Shown here in pieces: positions 1 through 10,800 of a DNA stretch of 58,485 nt. Location of the stretch: positions 1-58,485 of the forward strand of contig CAZSIR010000004.1 of the NCBI GenBank assembly GCA_964606765.1, read 5' to 3'. The stretch is from an uncultured Bordetella sp. (lineage in GTDB: Bacteria; Pseudomonadota; Gammaproteobacteria; Burkholderiales; SG8-41). The translations under genes and the position numbers were made by a program. The notes under the pieces were generated by a model. That model worked only from the letters and a program-made list of their open reading frames with translations, was not told the DNA's origin and ran no database searches. Numbering within the stretch: position 1 is the first letter of the stretch; each line of letters opens with the position of its first letter.

Positions 1-422
1 GCGCAGGTTTCCATGCCGAGGCCGCGCACCGCCTTGACCATCGCCACCACCTTGTCGAGGTCGCGCTGTTTCGGGCCACGCCAGGCCGCGCCCATGCAGA
101 AACGTGTTGCGCCGTGTTCACGCGCAGTGCGCGCAGCGGCAACCACTGCTTCAACGGAAAGGATGTCCTGGTTTTCAACGCCGGTGTGGTAACGCGCCGC
201 CTGCGGGCAATAGCCGCAATCCTCGGAACAACCGCCGGTCTTGATCGAGAGCAATGTCGACAGCTGCACGGCGTTGGCATCGAAGTTTTCGCGATGTACC
301 TGCTGCGCGCGAAATAGCAGGTCGTTGAACGGCAGGTCGAACAGCGCCGCAATGGCGGCCACTGTCCAGCGTCGATTGTCAGCGGGAGTGGCGACAGCTT
401 CGTTGATGGTCAGTGTATCCAT
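1..422 (-). CDS. bioB: biotin synthase BioB, N-terminal part (gene runs off the left edge)
   Basis: Own translation of the minus strand from ATG at 422 gives [10 protein letters not shown]...[25 protein letters not shown]...[11 protein letters not shown]. It has the radical-SAM CxxxCxxC motif. It is absent from the ORF track because it is open at the window edge. Confidence 0.9.
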   Translation of the reverse strand, partial: MDTLTINEAVATPADNRRWTVAAIAALFDLPFNDLLFRAQQVHRENFDANAVQLSTLLSIKTGGCSEDCGYCPQAARYHTGVENQDILSVEAVVAAARTAREHGATRFCMGAAWRGPKQRDLDKVVAMVKAVRGLGMETC

Positions 423-444
423 GTTTTTGTCGCTCCCTTAAAAA

Positions 445-480
445 TTTCAATATAATCAAGTACTTATAATCAATATCATC
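445..480. promoter_or_regulatory. AT-rich divergent bioB/comF promoter region with a 9-bp direct repeat
   Basis: The 62-bp gap between the bioB start (422) and comF start (485) is the only AT-rich stretch here. TATAATCAA occurs twice (451-459 and 465-473), and each copy contains a perfect TATAAT hexamer. Strand assignment of the -10 boxes is not resolved. Confidence 0.3.
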
Positions 481-484
481 GCAG

Positions 485-1219
485 ATGCCCCATTATTTGT
501 CAAATTTTGCAGTTGCCGGATTTGACAGGCCCGGTCACGGCTGGCGGCTTGCCCCCCGCGCGCCCTGCCTGCTCTGCGGCCTGGCAACGCCTGAGTCCAA
601 CCTCTGTGCCGGCTGCCGCAAAGATCTGCCCTGGCTGGATGAAAACCGCTGCAGCCGTTGCGCGCATCCACTGACGACGCCGGGGCTGTGCGGACGCTGT
701 ATCGCCGAGCCACCGCATTTTGATGCCGTGGTTGCGGTCTGCCGCTATGCATTTCCCGTTGACAGCCTGATCCAGGCCTACAAATACAGGGGACAACTGG
801 CCGTTGGAGCCGCCCTGGCGTCCCTCTTCGATCACCCGGACAAGCAAAACCCGGTTTTGAGCAAGCCGGACCTGATCGTGCCGATTCCGCTGTCGGCGCA
901 GCGCCTGCGCGAGCGGGGTTTCAATCAGGCACTGGAACTGGCGCGCATGCTGGGGCGGCGCATGGGCATCGCTGTTCATGCGCAGCTCTGCGTCAAGACG
1001 CGGGACACCGCGCCGCAAACCCGGCTGCCATGGAAAGAGCGACGCAAGAACATCCGCGGCGCCTTTGTCGTTGAAGCGGATCTCGCAGGACGCCATGTGG
1101 CCGTGGTCGATGATGTGCTGACCACGGGCGCAACACTGAATGAACTGGCGCGGAACCTGAAACGCGCCGGCGCGGCAAAAGTCACCGCTTACGTGATCGC
1201 ACGCAGCGTCGGCAAATAG
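485..1219 (+). CDS. comF: ComF/GntX family phosphoribosyltransferase-like protein
   Basis: ORF 485..1219. N-terminal paired Cys motifs (CLLCG..CAGC, CSRC..CGRC) and the C-terminal PRTase motif VAVVDDVLTTGATL. Confidence 0.8.
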   Translation: MPHYLSNFAVAGFDRPGHGWRLAPRAPCLLCGLATPESNLCAGCRKDLPWLDENRCSRCAHPLTTPGLCGRCIAEPPHFDAVVAVCRYAFPVDSLIQAYKYRGQLAVGAALASLFDHPDKQNPVLSKPDLIVPIPLSAQRLRERGFNQALELARMLGRRMGIAVHAQLCVKTRDTAPQTRLPWKERRKNIRGAFVVEADLAGRHVAVVDDVLTTGATLNELARNLKRAGAAKVTAYVIARSVGK

Positions 1220-1244
1220 GCGGATTCGGGGATTGGCGGAAGCG

Positions 1245-2345
1245 TCAGCGCAGGCGCTGATCGACAAACGCCTGCAGTTCCTGCGACAGGTTGCCGCTGG
1301 CCTTGGCGGCCCGGAACGCCTGTTGCGCATCAGCGCTGCGGCCCAGCGCTTCCAGTGAAACACCCAGCCCCAGCAGCCAGACCCCGACGTTGCCGCGCCG
1401 CCCCAGCGCGCGCTGGAATTGCTCGATCGCTTCGGCATGCCTGTTCTGCCGCTGCAGCAGACCGGCATAAAACGCGATGTAATCCGGACCGACTCCGGGA
1501 TAATTCAGGCTTTGGGCAAGGGTCTGCACGCCGGCGTCCAGGTCGCCGTTCTCCATTTGCAGGCGTGCCAGCGTCATTGCAAACCCCTGCTGCCCCGGCG
1601 CCAGTTGCAGCCCTTCCTGCAGCACACGCATCGCATCGGCGGACAGGCGGGCATCGAGCAGCGTGCCGACCAGCGCCTGGCGCGCACCATGATGCGCCGC
1701 ATCGATCTGCAGCGCCGCCTCGAAAGCCGAGCGGGCATCCGCCGCCCGCCCCTGATGCAGTGCAAGCACCCCTTTGGAGTACTCGGCCTCGGCGCGCTGC
1801 CGCGTTGTCGGCTGACGAACCTTCTTGTCAATTTCCACCGGTGCAGATGCCGCAGCGGCCGGCGTCTCTGCTGATTTTTTCACCACAGGCGACGCGGGCC
1901 GCGGTTTTTCCACCGGCGCCTCGAGCGGGGCAGCAGCCACGACGGCCCGCGAGCCGATCACCGATGCCGTATTGATTGCCGGGGGCGCCATGGGAGCTTC
2001 CGCAGCCGCCGGCTCGGGCACATGTGACAGTTCCAGCGTCAGGCGCCGGGCGATGAATTCCGTTTCCCGCGCTTCCGGCGCCGGCGGCGCCACAACCGCA
2101 GCCGGGACGGGCGCCGGAGAAACCGCGGGCGGCACTGCCGCCGGCGTACGTCCCCCCAACCACCACGCGACACCCGCCGCCAGCAGCGCCACGGCCAGCA
2201 CCGCCGCAATCCACTGCGGCGCCGGACGCCGGCCGACACGGGCCTCGTCCGGCAATGCCCGCACATGATCCGGTATGCGGTTGCGCTCTTCGCCCGACGC
2301 GCGGCGACGGTCAAGCTCGACCAGCATCTGGTTGATGACGCTCAT
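1245..2345 (-). CDS. mshN: MSHA biogenesis protein MshN (TPR protein)
   Basis: ORF 1245..2408 trimmed to the Met giving MSVINQMLVELDRRR. Its ATG overlaps the mshM stop (ATGA at 2342-2345). It has a TM segment, an Ala/Pro-rich linker and C-terminal TPR-like repeats. Confidence 0.8.
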   Translation of the reverse strand: MSVINQMLVELDRRRASGEERNRIPDHVRALPDEARVGRRPAPQWIAAVLAVALLAAGVAWWLGGRTPAAVPPAVSPAPVPAAVVAPPAPEARETEFIARRLTLELSHVPEPAAAEAPMAPPAINTASVIGSRAVVAAAPLEAPVEKPRPASPVVKKSAETPAAAASAPVEIDKKVRQPTTRQRAEAEYSKGVLALHQGRAADARSAFEAALQIDAAHHGARQALVGTLLDARLSADAMRVLQEGLQLAPGQQGFAMTLARLQMENGDLDAGVQTLAQSLNYPGVGPDYIAFYAGLLQRQNRHAEAIEQFQRALGRRGNVGVWLLGLGVSLEALGRSADAQQAFRAAKASGNLSQELQAFVDQRLR

Positions 2346-3232
2346 CGCAGATAGGCCAGTGAAACACCGCCGGCAGCCAGCAGCAGCATCGCGACGCCCA
2401 TCCACCACCAGTGCAGGCCACGCGCCGCCGCCGGTGTATCCGCTGCCGCTGCGCGCACATGCGGCGCCTGCACCTGCTGCTGGCCGGCGCCAAAAGCCAG
2501 CAGCAGCGATTTATGCGCGATGATATTGATCAGCCGCGGCACGCCGCGGCTGGCGGCGTGCATGCTGCGCACGGCGCCGGGCATAAACAGGCGGCTGCCG
2601 CGGTAACCCGCAACGCGCAGGCGGTGCGCCAGGTAATGGTCGACCTCCTCGACGTTGAGCGCCGAGAGGCGGTACTGGAAGGTGATGCGCTGCCGCAGCT
2701 GGCGCACCGCCGAATGCGCCAGCCGCTCGTCGAGCTCGGGCTGTCCGAACAGCACCACCTGCAGCAGCTTGCGTTTTTCGGTCTCAAGATTGGTCAGCAG
2801 GCGCAGCGCCTCCAGGGTTTCCTGCGGCATCGCCTGCGCCTCGTCCAGGCACACCACCACGGTCTTGCCCTGGCGCGCGAAGTTGAGCAATGCGCGCGAC
2901 AACTCCTTCAGCAGCTGGTGCTGGTCGGCCTCACGCGGCAGGTGGATGCCGAGTTCGTCGGACAGCGCAAACATCAGGGTGCGCGGCTCAAGATAGGGAT
3001 TGGGAACATAGGCGGATACAAAACGGGCATCGAGCGTTGCGAGAAAGCGGCGGCAGAGCAATGTCTTGCCGGTGCCGACTTCACCGGTGACTTTCATGAA
3101 CCCTTCGCCGTTGCGGGCGGCGACGAGCAGCGTGTTCAGCGCTTCCTGGTGGGAATTGCAGGCGTAGGCAAAGCTGGTGTCCGGCGTGATGCCGAACGGC
3201 GGTTCACGCAGTCCGAAATGCGCTTCGTACAT
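2342..3232 (-). CDS. mshM: MSHA biogenesis ATPase MshM (ExeA-like AAA+)
   Basis: N-terminus MYEAHFGLREPPFGITPD and Walker A GEVGTGKT. Position between mshL and mshN. Confidence 0.9.
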   Translation of the reverse strand: MYEAHFGLREPPFGITPDTSFAYACNSHQEALNTLLVAARNGEGFMKVTGEVGTGKTLLCRRFLATLDARFVSAYVPNPYLEPRTLMFALSDELGIHLPREADQHQLLKELSRALLNFARQGKTVVVCLDEAQAMPQETLEALRLLTNLETEKRKLLQVVLFGQPELDERLAHSAVRQLRQRITFQYRLSALNVEEVDHYLAHRLRVAGYRGSRLFMPGAVRSMHAASRGVPRLINIIAHKSLLLAFGAGQQQVQAPHVRAAAADTPAAARGLHWWWMGVAMLLLAAGGVSLAYLR

Positions 3233-3244
3233 GGCGGCAGGGTA

Positions 3245-5023
3245 TCACCGCTGCGGCTCCGGCGCAGACATCGCGCGGATGCGGTCGCGGGTCTGCTCGA
3301 GGTCCTGCTGCCAGCTGCGATCGTTGTGGATGATGGTCGGCTTCAGCAGGATCACCAGTTCACTTTTGGTGTTGGTCACATCGCGCTGGCGGAACAGGTT
3401 GCCCAGGCCCGGCACGTTGCCGACGCCCGGCACCTGGCTGCGGTCGTTGACCGAGCGCTGCCGCATCAGCCCGCCAATCGCAACAATGTTGCCGTCCTGC
3501 ACGCGAACAACGGTGTCGGTTTCATTGACGTCGCTGGAAGCCAGCGGCAGCGTGAATGAGCCGAGGCTGCCGAGGTCGATCAGCTTGCGCTGCTCGGTCA
3601 CATTGCTCACCGAGGGATGGATGTGCAGGATGATGTTGTTCTCGGCGTCGATCTGCGGCGTCACATCCAGCGCGATGCCCGAGAAAAACGGCGCAACGGT
3701 GATCGTCGGCGTCACCGTGGTGTTGGTGCCGCTGGTGCTGGAAGTGGTGCTGACGTTGGTGACGAAAAAGTCGTCGGTACCGACCTTGAGCACGGCTTTC
3801 TGGTTGTTGATCGTTGCCACCCGCGGGCTCGACAGCACATTGACGCCGCCCTGGGTTTCAAGGAAGGACAGCAGCGCGGCAAAGTTCTGGGTCTGCAGCG
3901 CCAGGCCAAACACGCCGCCGGCCGCACCGGAACCCAGAGCGAGGCCGCTGGCCACGGTGCCCACGGAACCGCCGACCAGTGCATCGCTGTTGAAAATCGT
4001 GCCGTTGCCGGAAACGGAAGGTGTCCCGAGCGTGCCGATCGCGCCCTGCCGCTGCAGCACCGTTCCAGGAGAAATCACGCCTGTGCTGTAACGGGTGTTG
4101 CCATCACGGAACGCAGCCCAGTTGACGCCGGCCTGATAACCGTCGCTCAGCGAAACTTCGATGATCTTGGCTTCCAGAACCACCTGGCGCTCGACGATCA
4201 GCTGCATGGATTTGAGGAACTGCTCGACACTGCGCAGTTCGGGGGGCATCGCCCGCACCACGACCACGCCGGATTGCGCGTTGACGACCACGCTGCGTCC
4301 GGCACCGCCGCCGAGTATGGCGTTCAGCGATTTCTGCACGTCACCCCAGAAATCCGAATTCGAACTGGTGGTCACGCGTGAACTCTCGGTCGCGCGGGTG
4401 GTGGCGCCGCCGGTCGGGCCGGTCACCGGAACGGGAACCGCCCCGGGCGCGGGCGACCCGGGACTGGAAGAGCCGTCGGTAATCGAGCCGGAGCTGACCC
4501 GGGTATCGGTCTGGCCGCGGCGCTGGGCCTGCAGATAATTGACCTGGAAAATGCGCGTCTGGAGCGCAGCGGGCAGAACGACGATGCGGTTGCCCTGCAC
4601 GGTATAGTCAAAACCGTAGAGGTCGCGCAGCGTATTCAGGGCCTCGGTCACCGTCACGTCCTTCAGGTTGACCGAAAGCTCCCCCTTGACCTCGGGATGC
4701 AGCACCATGCTGTACGGCGTGCCGGAAACAATCGCCAGAAACACCTGCCCCGCAGGCGCATTGTTGACGGAAAGATCAAACCGGGTTTCCGGCTTTTGCA
4801 CATCCGCCGCCGGCATTTGCACCACCAATGGCGGCAGCAGCGCACGGCTCACGGCATCCGCAGCAGCCGGTTTGCGATCCTTCGCCGCCTGGTCCAGCTC
4901 CTGGTTGATGGTGTTCCCGGCAACATTCGGGTGCCGCTGCGGCAACTCTGCGCAGCCCGCGACAGTCGCAATCATTACGACGATCATCCATCGTTGCATG
5001 TCGTTCCGCCTGTTCATGTCCAT
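3245..5023 (-). CDS. mshL: MSHA pilus secretin MshL (lipoprotein)
   Basis: 592 aa. Lipobox IATVAGC. C-terminal secretin domain (VLSSPRVATINNQKAVLKVG ... GNLFRQRDVTNTKSELVILLKPTII). Confidence 0.9.
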   Translation of the reverse strand: MDMNRRNDMQRWMIVVMIATVAGCAELPQRHPNVAGNTINQELDQAAKDRKPAAADAVSRALLPPLVVQMPAADVQKPETRFDLSVNNAPAGQVFLAIVSGTPYSMVLHPEVKGELSVNLKDVTVTEALNTLRDLYGFDYTVQGNRIVVLPAALQTRIFQVNYLQAQRRGQTDTRVSSGSITDGSSSPGSPAPGAVPVPVTGPTGGATTRATESSRVTTSSNSDFWGDVQKSLNAILGGGAGRSVVVNAQSGVVVVRAMPPELRSVEQFLKSMQLIVERQVVLEAKIIEVSLSDGYQAGVNWAAFRDGNTRYSTGVISPGTVLQRQGAIGTLGTPSVSGNGTIFNSDALVGGSVGTVASGLALGSGAAGGVFGLALQTQNFAALLSFLETQGGVNVLSSPRVATINNQKAVLKVGTDDFFVTNVSTTSSTSGTNTTVTPTITVAPFFSGIALDVTPQIDAENNIILHIHPSVSNVTEQRKLIDLGSLGSFTLPLASSDVNETDTVVRVQDGNIVAIGGLMRQRSVNDRSQVPGVGNVPGLGNLFRQRDVTNTKSELVILLKPTIIHNDRSWQQDLEQTRDRIRAMSAPEPQR

Positions 5024-5388
5024 TATTTTGTTTTGCCCGTTCCGCTTTTCACGCTGCCTGCCGCGCGTTTTTCGACCAGCGGATACAGTTTCAGCACCGT
5101 GGTTTCCGCACCATCCTTCAACACCGCTTCGCTTTCACTCAGCTTGACCAGGCGCGCCGAGCCGTAACGTCCGCCCAGCGCCACCATCTCACCGCTGATC
5201 ACCGCCACCTTGCGGCCCTGCGACAGCATCACCGACTGCAGCACCGGGCCTGCCGTCACAGCACCCTCGGCCGCCGGCGCCGACAAAACGCCCGGGGGGC
5301 GCGTCGGATCCTTCAGTCCCTGGGCGCACGCTGCCGCCGCGCAAAAAGCGCCGAGGGTCAGCATCGTTCCTGTGATCCAGTGTCTCAT
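5023..5388 (-). CDS. mshK: MSHA biogenesis protein MshK
   Basis: 121 aa with a signal peptide and an LKDPTRPP motif. 1-nt TAATG overlap with the mshL start and ATGA overlap with the mshJ stop. Confidence 0.75.
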   Translation of the reverse strand: MRHWITGTMLTLGAFCAAAACAQGLKDPTRPPGVLSAPAAEGAVTAGPVLQSVMLSQGRKVAVISGEMVALGGRYGSARLVKLSESEAVLKDGAETTVLKLYPLVEKRAAGSVKSGTGKTK

Positions 5389-6086
5389 ACCACCAGCCAG
5401 GCCTTGTTCAGGCTCAAAGTATGCAGCGTCAATGTCAGACGCAGCCGCGGGTGATCCGCAGCATCAAGCGTCACTTTGCCCCAGAACAGCTGCCAGGGCA
5501 AAGCTTCCAGCCGCGCAAGATAGGCGTGAAGCTCGGCATAAGTGCCCTCGACCGAAACCTCGAAACTGTGCTGATAGATGCTGCGGTCGGCAACCCCGGC
5601 CGGCGCTTCGGCTGCCGGCTGCGCGGACTTTGCCGGGGGCTGCGCGACGCCGCCGGTCTGGTAACGCTGCACCGGCAGCTTGCGCAGGCTGACCAGCGTC
5701 AGGCCACGCTCTTTTTTCAGCACGCCTTGCAGCAGATTGGCGACCTGATCCGGCGGCACCAGCTGTTTCTGCAGACCAAGCAGGCGCTCGTCGATTTCCG
5801 CGACCTGTTTGCGCAACTCGTCGCGATAGCGGCGCTGGACTTCGTCCGGACTGGCCTGGCTGCGGCTTGCCGTGATCAGCAATTCGCCGGCCTTGATCGC
5901 GGTGCGGGCTTCCGACAACTGCTGCGAAAGTCGCTTCTGCTCGACTTCCTGCGGCCCCAGCAGCAGGGCATCCAGCAGCATCACGACCACAGCCACACCG
6001 CCGGCGGCGATCAATACCCGCTCCCGCAGCGTGCGCGCATTGAACAAAGCCGTCCATTGCTGCCAGCGTTTGGCCAGGTCGGACAT
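5385..6086 (-). CDS. mshJ: MSHA biogenesis protein MshJ (PilO-like)
   Basis: 233 aa with a single N-terminal TM helix followed by a coiled coil. Position and coupling within the mshI-N operon. Confidence 0.75.
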   Translation of the reverse strand: MSDLAKRWQQWTALFNARTLRERVLIAAGGVAVVVMLLDALLLGPQEVEQKRLSQQLSEARTAIKAGELLITASRSQASPDEVQRRYRDELRKQVAEIDERLLGLQKQLVPPDQVANLLQGVLKKERGLTLVSLRKLPVQRYQTGGVAQPPAKSAQPAAEAPAGVADRSIYQHSFEVSVEGTYAELHAYLARLEALPWQLFWGKVTLDAADHPRLRLTLTLHTLSLNKAWLVV

Positions 6087-6763
6087 CAGCGTTTTTCTCC
6101 GCGCGCATCAGCGCCATCCCCGGGCTCGCCGGTGGTCAGATTGAATTCCAGGAAACGCGGCGCATCCACCACCGGCTTTTCCCCTTCTTTCGCCGGCACC
6201 GCTGGCGACAAGGCCGGCGCCGGTCGCTTCATCTCCAGTGCCGAGAACGCCCGCCCCTTGAGCGCGGGTTCATTGTTCATTTTCTGGATGTACGCCGGCA
6301 GCAGATCCGCACTGACGACCCGGCCCTGAATCGCCACTTCTCCTGCGCCACCCACGGTGAATCCGGTCAGCCACAGGCCATCCAGCGACTGCCGCGAAAA
6401 AGCCTGCAGGTAGTCGGCAAAACCCTTGCGGTTGCCCAGCGCGCCGCCCTCGAGTACCGCCATCGCATCGCGCGCCGATTTCAATTCCATTTCCAGGCGC
6501 TGCACCTCGGCGGCCAGTCCGGTATTGCCCCTCTGCGCGCCGCCCTCGCCCTTGAGACGGTCGGTATAGGTGCTTTGCGCCTTGAGCAGGCCCTGCGCGG
6601 AAACCAGCTCCGTACGCAGACCTTCGACTTTCTGCTGCCCGTACCAATTCACGCCCAGCATCACCACCGCGGCAAGTCCGGCAAGCAGCGCCGCGCGGTT
6701 CAAGGTCAGCAGCAGGCGCGGTCTGCGAAAAGCCGGGCCCAGAAGATTGATGTACTGGCTCAT
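6086..6763 (-). CDS. PilN-like fimbrial assembly protein (C-terminal half of Vibrio-type MshI, here a separate ORF)
   Basis: ORF 6086..6811 trimmed to MSQYINLLGPAFRR, followed by a TM helix and a coiled coil. Its ATG overlaps the mshI stop (ATGA at 6760-6763). Confidence 0.7.
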   Translation of the reverse strand: MSQYINLLGPAFRRPRLLLTLNRAALLAGLAAVVMLGVNWYGQQKVEGLRTELVSAQGLLKAQSTYTDRLKGEGGAQRGNTGLAAEVQRLEMELKSARDAMAVLEGGALGNRKGFADYLQAFSRQSLDGLWLTGFTVGGAGEVAIQGRVVSADLLPAYIQKMNNEPALKGRAFSALEMKRPAPALSPAVPAKEGEKPVVDAPRFLEFNLTTGEPGDGADARGEKR

Positions 6764-7692
6764 CCTGCGGCACGCTCCTCGCGCATGGCCGCGCCGATCA
6801 GCTGCAGGCATTGCGACTGCCGCAAGGGATCGCGCAATTCGGGCACCCCGGGAAAGTCGACGACCTGCTCCAGATCCAGCATGACCACCGGCACCGACAG
6901 ATTGGTCCCCAGATATTCGATCAGCCGCTCGCCGTCCGGCACCTGGGAAACAATCAGCCGCGACACCGCAAGGTTGCGGAACTGGCGGTCGAAATTGTCC
7001 AGTGAACGCTGCAGTTCAAGCGTCACCCGGTCATAACGCGCCTCAACATCGACGCCCGATTCGAAATCCTTCAGCGAAACTTCGATCTGCCGCGCCTGAT
7101 AGAGCTCACCGCCGCTGGTAAACGTCAGCATCGCCCCGGCATTGTCAAAACACAGCATCGCCAGTCCACGCCCTTCTTCCTCAAGCAGGCGGGCCACGTT
7201 GCGCTGTGCGAGCTCGGGAATGTCGATGACCTCGAGATTGATGTCGGCGTCATTGAACGGCCGAACCGTCGCTGCTATGGCCTCGTTGCGCGCGGAAACC
7301 GCGAGCATCTGCGCCGCGCGACCCGCGTGGTCCCCGCCGGGAATGTGCAGGGCATCGACCATCGCCGTTTCGACGGGATAATCGATCATGTCCTTGAGCG
7401 ACCAGCGCACCGCATTCTTCGCCTCCGCCGCAGGCACTGCCGGGGCATCGACGGCAAAGGTCTGGTATTCGCCGCTCTTCAGCAGCGTCGTGCACTGGTA
7501 ACGCTCCAGATTCAGTTCCTTGCGCAAACGCTTCAGCGTTTCGACATCGCCGCCTTCCTTGCGGAAGGATTCGCAGAGCAGGATTTCCGGTCGCGGTTTT
7601 CCTGCGACCAGCACATGCGACAGATCTATGCGATCAGCATGCAGATTCAGGCAGAGCCACCCTGGACGTTGTTTTTTACCAAATAGGTTCAT
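6760..7692 (-). CDS. mshI: MSHA biogenesis protein MshI (PilM-like actin-fold part)
   Basis: 310 aa starting MNLFGKKQRPGWLCLNL. It is the first gene downstream of the AT-rich promoter gap 7693-7813. Confidence 0.8.
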   Translation of the reverse strand: MNLFGKKQRPGWLCLNLHADRIDLSHVLVAGKPRPEILLCESFRKEGGDVETLKRLRKELNLERYQCTTLLKSGEYQTFAVDAPAVPAAEAKNAVRWSLKDMIDYPVETAMVDALHIPGGDHAGRAAQMLAVSARNEAIAATVRPFNDADINLEVIDIPELAQRNVARLLEEEGRGLAMLCFDNAGAMLTFTSGGELYQARQIEVSLKDFESGVDVEARYDRVTLELQRSLDNFDRQFRNLAVSRLIVSQVPDGERLIEYLGTNLSVPVVMLDLEQVVDFPGVPELRDPLRQSQCLQLIGAAMREERAAG

Positions 7693-7724
7693 GCGTTCGG
7701 TGTGGTCAGTGGGCTAACCCGCTG

Positions 7725-7752
7725 AAAATACCATATTTTTCAATGTTGTCAA
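7725..7752 (-). promoter_or_regulatory. candidate sigma70 promoter of the mshI-N operon
   Basis: The minus strand reads TTGACA (7752-7747), a 16-nt spacer, then TATTTT (7730-7725). This lies about 33 nt upstream of the mshI ATG, in an AT-rich gap. Confidence 0.35.
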
Positions 7753-7813
7753 TGACTTAAGGCAAGAAATCTAGTACTCGGTACTGACTAAATTTTTTAA
7801 TTCCTTGTTTTAA

Positions 7814-10800
7814 CTAATAATTTTCCCGCATATAAATGCGCTGATCGGTGCCAGCGCGTATCCCGAAGCGGGCCCGTGACGACGGGTCCTTGTCGTGGGC
7901 CGCACCACACCACTGGCCGCGCAAATGCGCCAGCGACCCCGCCGTTGCAGCCGGCGCAAATGCCGGACAGGCCGCGGCGGCCGCGCCGGTACCGAGGTTG
8001 ACCGCCAGATCCACGCTGCCATTGTTGCCGGCGCCCGGCGCACTCAGCGAAATCGTGCCGCGCCCGGCAGACAGGGCGCTGACCGCCGTCACCGTCGTTT
8101 CACCCGCATTGAGGTTGCCGATGTAGTTCCCCAGACCCACGTTCCCCGTACCCACCGTTGTACACGTATCCAGGGTGTTCGTTGCAAAGAACGTGCCTGT
8201 CCAGAATTGCGTTTCAAATGGCACTTTGAGCGGCAATTGCTGGGAACCGCTGGCCCCAGTCAGGCGCAAACGGCCGAATCGCATCGCCTTGCCCGTCGAA
8301 AACGCAATGCCGTTGCCGGCGCTCGCCTGTCCAAATCTCGCCGGGTTTGTCGAGTAAGCGACACTGTCGGTATCGATGACATTGATGGCCAGCGAAATTT
8401 CGGCATTGAACGGAGCCACCGGCGTGGACCGCACAAACAGGATTCCCGTGCCAGAATTGAAAGTCAGTGTTCCGGTGCCGTCGCCGTTGGCGACAATGGC
8501 CGGATCAGGCGCCGTGACCGTGCTGGCATCCAGCGTGCCGCTGGCCGCGCTGTAGGCCTTGCCGGTCAGGCTGCCCGTGGTGATCTTGAAAAATGCCTCG
8601 CTTGCCGGCGTCGTGCCCTTGTAATTCTGGGTGGTGCCCCCCGCCAGATTGCGCGCGGTCACGGTCAGCACCGGCTCCATGCCCGAGGCATAGTTGAAGC
8701 GCTGGCCGACATAGGTGAATGCGCCCGCGGTGCATGCCGTGGCAAACAGGGGCGTATTGGCGCTGACATCAAAATGATGCGGCGTGAAACGCCCGACATT
8801 ACCGCTCGTGGTCCCCGTAACATCGCCCACACCCAGATAATCGCCGTCACCGACTCCGGGTGTGATCGTGATGATGCCCACCTCTCCCCAGGTGACATTG
8901 GTCACCGTCGCCGCGCCATTGCTGAACAGCCCGCCGGCAATCGTGCCGTTGCCCAATACGGGGTTGCTGGTCAATCCCAGGCCTGTGGCCAGCGCGGTAG
9001 TCAGCCTTACGCCTTCGGCCGTTGTTTCCTTGCCAAAGTTGGGCGTCGGATTTCCCTGGGCATTCACCGCTGTTGCAGTCAGGGTCATGCTTTCGCCCGC
9101 CTTGATGAACGCCGCGCCACCAGCATCGGCCGCGCCCGGATTGGCGCCATTGTCAGCAGTACGCCGGATGCCGGTCACGGTAAATCCCGCCGGTTTCACA
9201 ACAAAATTGTTGGACACCCCCGCCATGTAATCACCGGAACCATTGATGTTGTGGCGCGCACTCAGCCGCAGCGAACCGACATCGGGATAGTTCAGTGTGA
9301 AATTCGCCGTCGAGTCGGCGCCGAAAGTCATCGACTTGGCGGTCCAGGTCGAGACGCCACTGCCGGGATTGGCGGCAATCGCCGTCGAGCCATTGTTGTT
9401 GATCGTGACCTGCTGGCCCGTCTGGCAGGCGGCGGGATTCACGCATTGGAAAGCCAGTTCAACATTCACGTCGCCGTTGAACAGCCCTGTGCATACACCG
9501 GTGACGGGATCCGCCCTGATCGCCCGCAATGTCTGTGAACCTGAAACAGTACCGGCGGTCTGCGTTGGAACAGCGCTGAACGCAAAACCGGTTGACTGAA
9601 AATCCAGACTGCAGGTCTCGATCCCGCCGTTGAAACACAAGGTCGCGGAAGATGGTGCCGGAGAAGTCGTACCGGCACCCAGCACCACGGCGCCTGCCGT
9701 GGTTTTGCGCAGTTGGGCCGTCGTCATGCCCCCCGAAAAGCTGATCGTGTCACCACCCAACCATCCCGTTGGCGACAAGGTGGTCGTCACGCTGCCCGTA
9801 TACTGCGTGGAGCAGCTTGCATCCGCACAGGCTTTAACGGTCACGGTGGCCGGCTCGCAGGTCAGTCCGGTTCCGTTGTGTTCGATGCGGACATGGCTGA
9901 ATGCAATCGCGCACGGACGCGTGATGTCGCGAATGGCGATGACCTCTGAATCCGTAAGCACTTGGTTATAGATGCGCACCTCGTCGAGTTGCCCGTTCAG
10001 GTAGCGGATGGTCCCGGCGCCCGAGACTTCGACTCGGCCCAGGCTGGCAAACGCCGTGCCGACAACCCCGGTGTCCACCGTGCCGCTCGCGCTCAGCGCA
10101 CCGTCGACATAAATCCGGGCCGCGCCGGTGGTCGAATCACGGGTCAGCACCACATGCCGCCAGAGGCCGTTGTTGATCGCCGCGGCGGACTTCACCGAGG
10201 TGCCGTCACCCTTCTGGACTCCGATGTGGCCCGTGCTGTCGAGGAAGCCCCAGAAAATGTCATCGCCTCCGCCGCTCTGCTCGACACCGGTCACGCCCGG
10301 TGCCTGCCATGCGGTGTCATTGCCGGTTTGCGTGGTCCTGATCCAGAATGCGAGGCTGGCCGTGGCATTCAGTTCATTCGACAGTCCGTTGATCTGGATA
10401 TAGCGGGAACTGCCGTCCAATTGCGCGCCATTGCACACCTGCGCCGGCACCGGCGTTGCCCCACCCTGCGCAGTACCGTTGAGTCCGTTACCGCTGGAAT
10501 CCGCCACATCTCCTGCCGCGCTCCATGTGGCTTCGTCGAGCTTGTAATAGGCCCGCGGCACCGGCAGCGTACCACCGCAATACGACAGCGCCGACTGCGG
10601 GATGAACTGGAAGCCACCAGTGGAGGGCCCGCTCCAGCTCAGCTGGGCCACCGCGTCGCCGCCGTTTTCGTAAAACTCCATTATCACCGGATAACGCTGC
10701 CCGGCGGTCAGCGCGATTGCAGCGCTGTCATCATTGGTCGCCGAGTGATCTGTCCAGTTGTTGATGACCAGATTGCCATCCACATACAGCCTCACGCCAT

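Noticed and set aside
445-480. The repeated TATAATCAA motif upstream of bioB as a BirA or other biotin-repressor operator.
   Set aside because: It is a direct repeat and not the long inverted repeat typical of BirA operators. Only the central AAGTACTT is palindromic. It is more simply explained as overlapping -10 boxes of divergent promoters.
6086-7692. Split mshI (PilM-like and PilN-like parts as two ORFs) as a possible frameshifted pseudogene.
   Set aside because: The junction is a clean ATGA overlap like the other coupled junctions in the operon. Each ORF is a complete domain with its own plausible start. I saw no sign of a disrupted frame.
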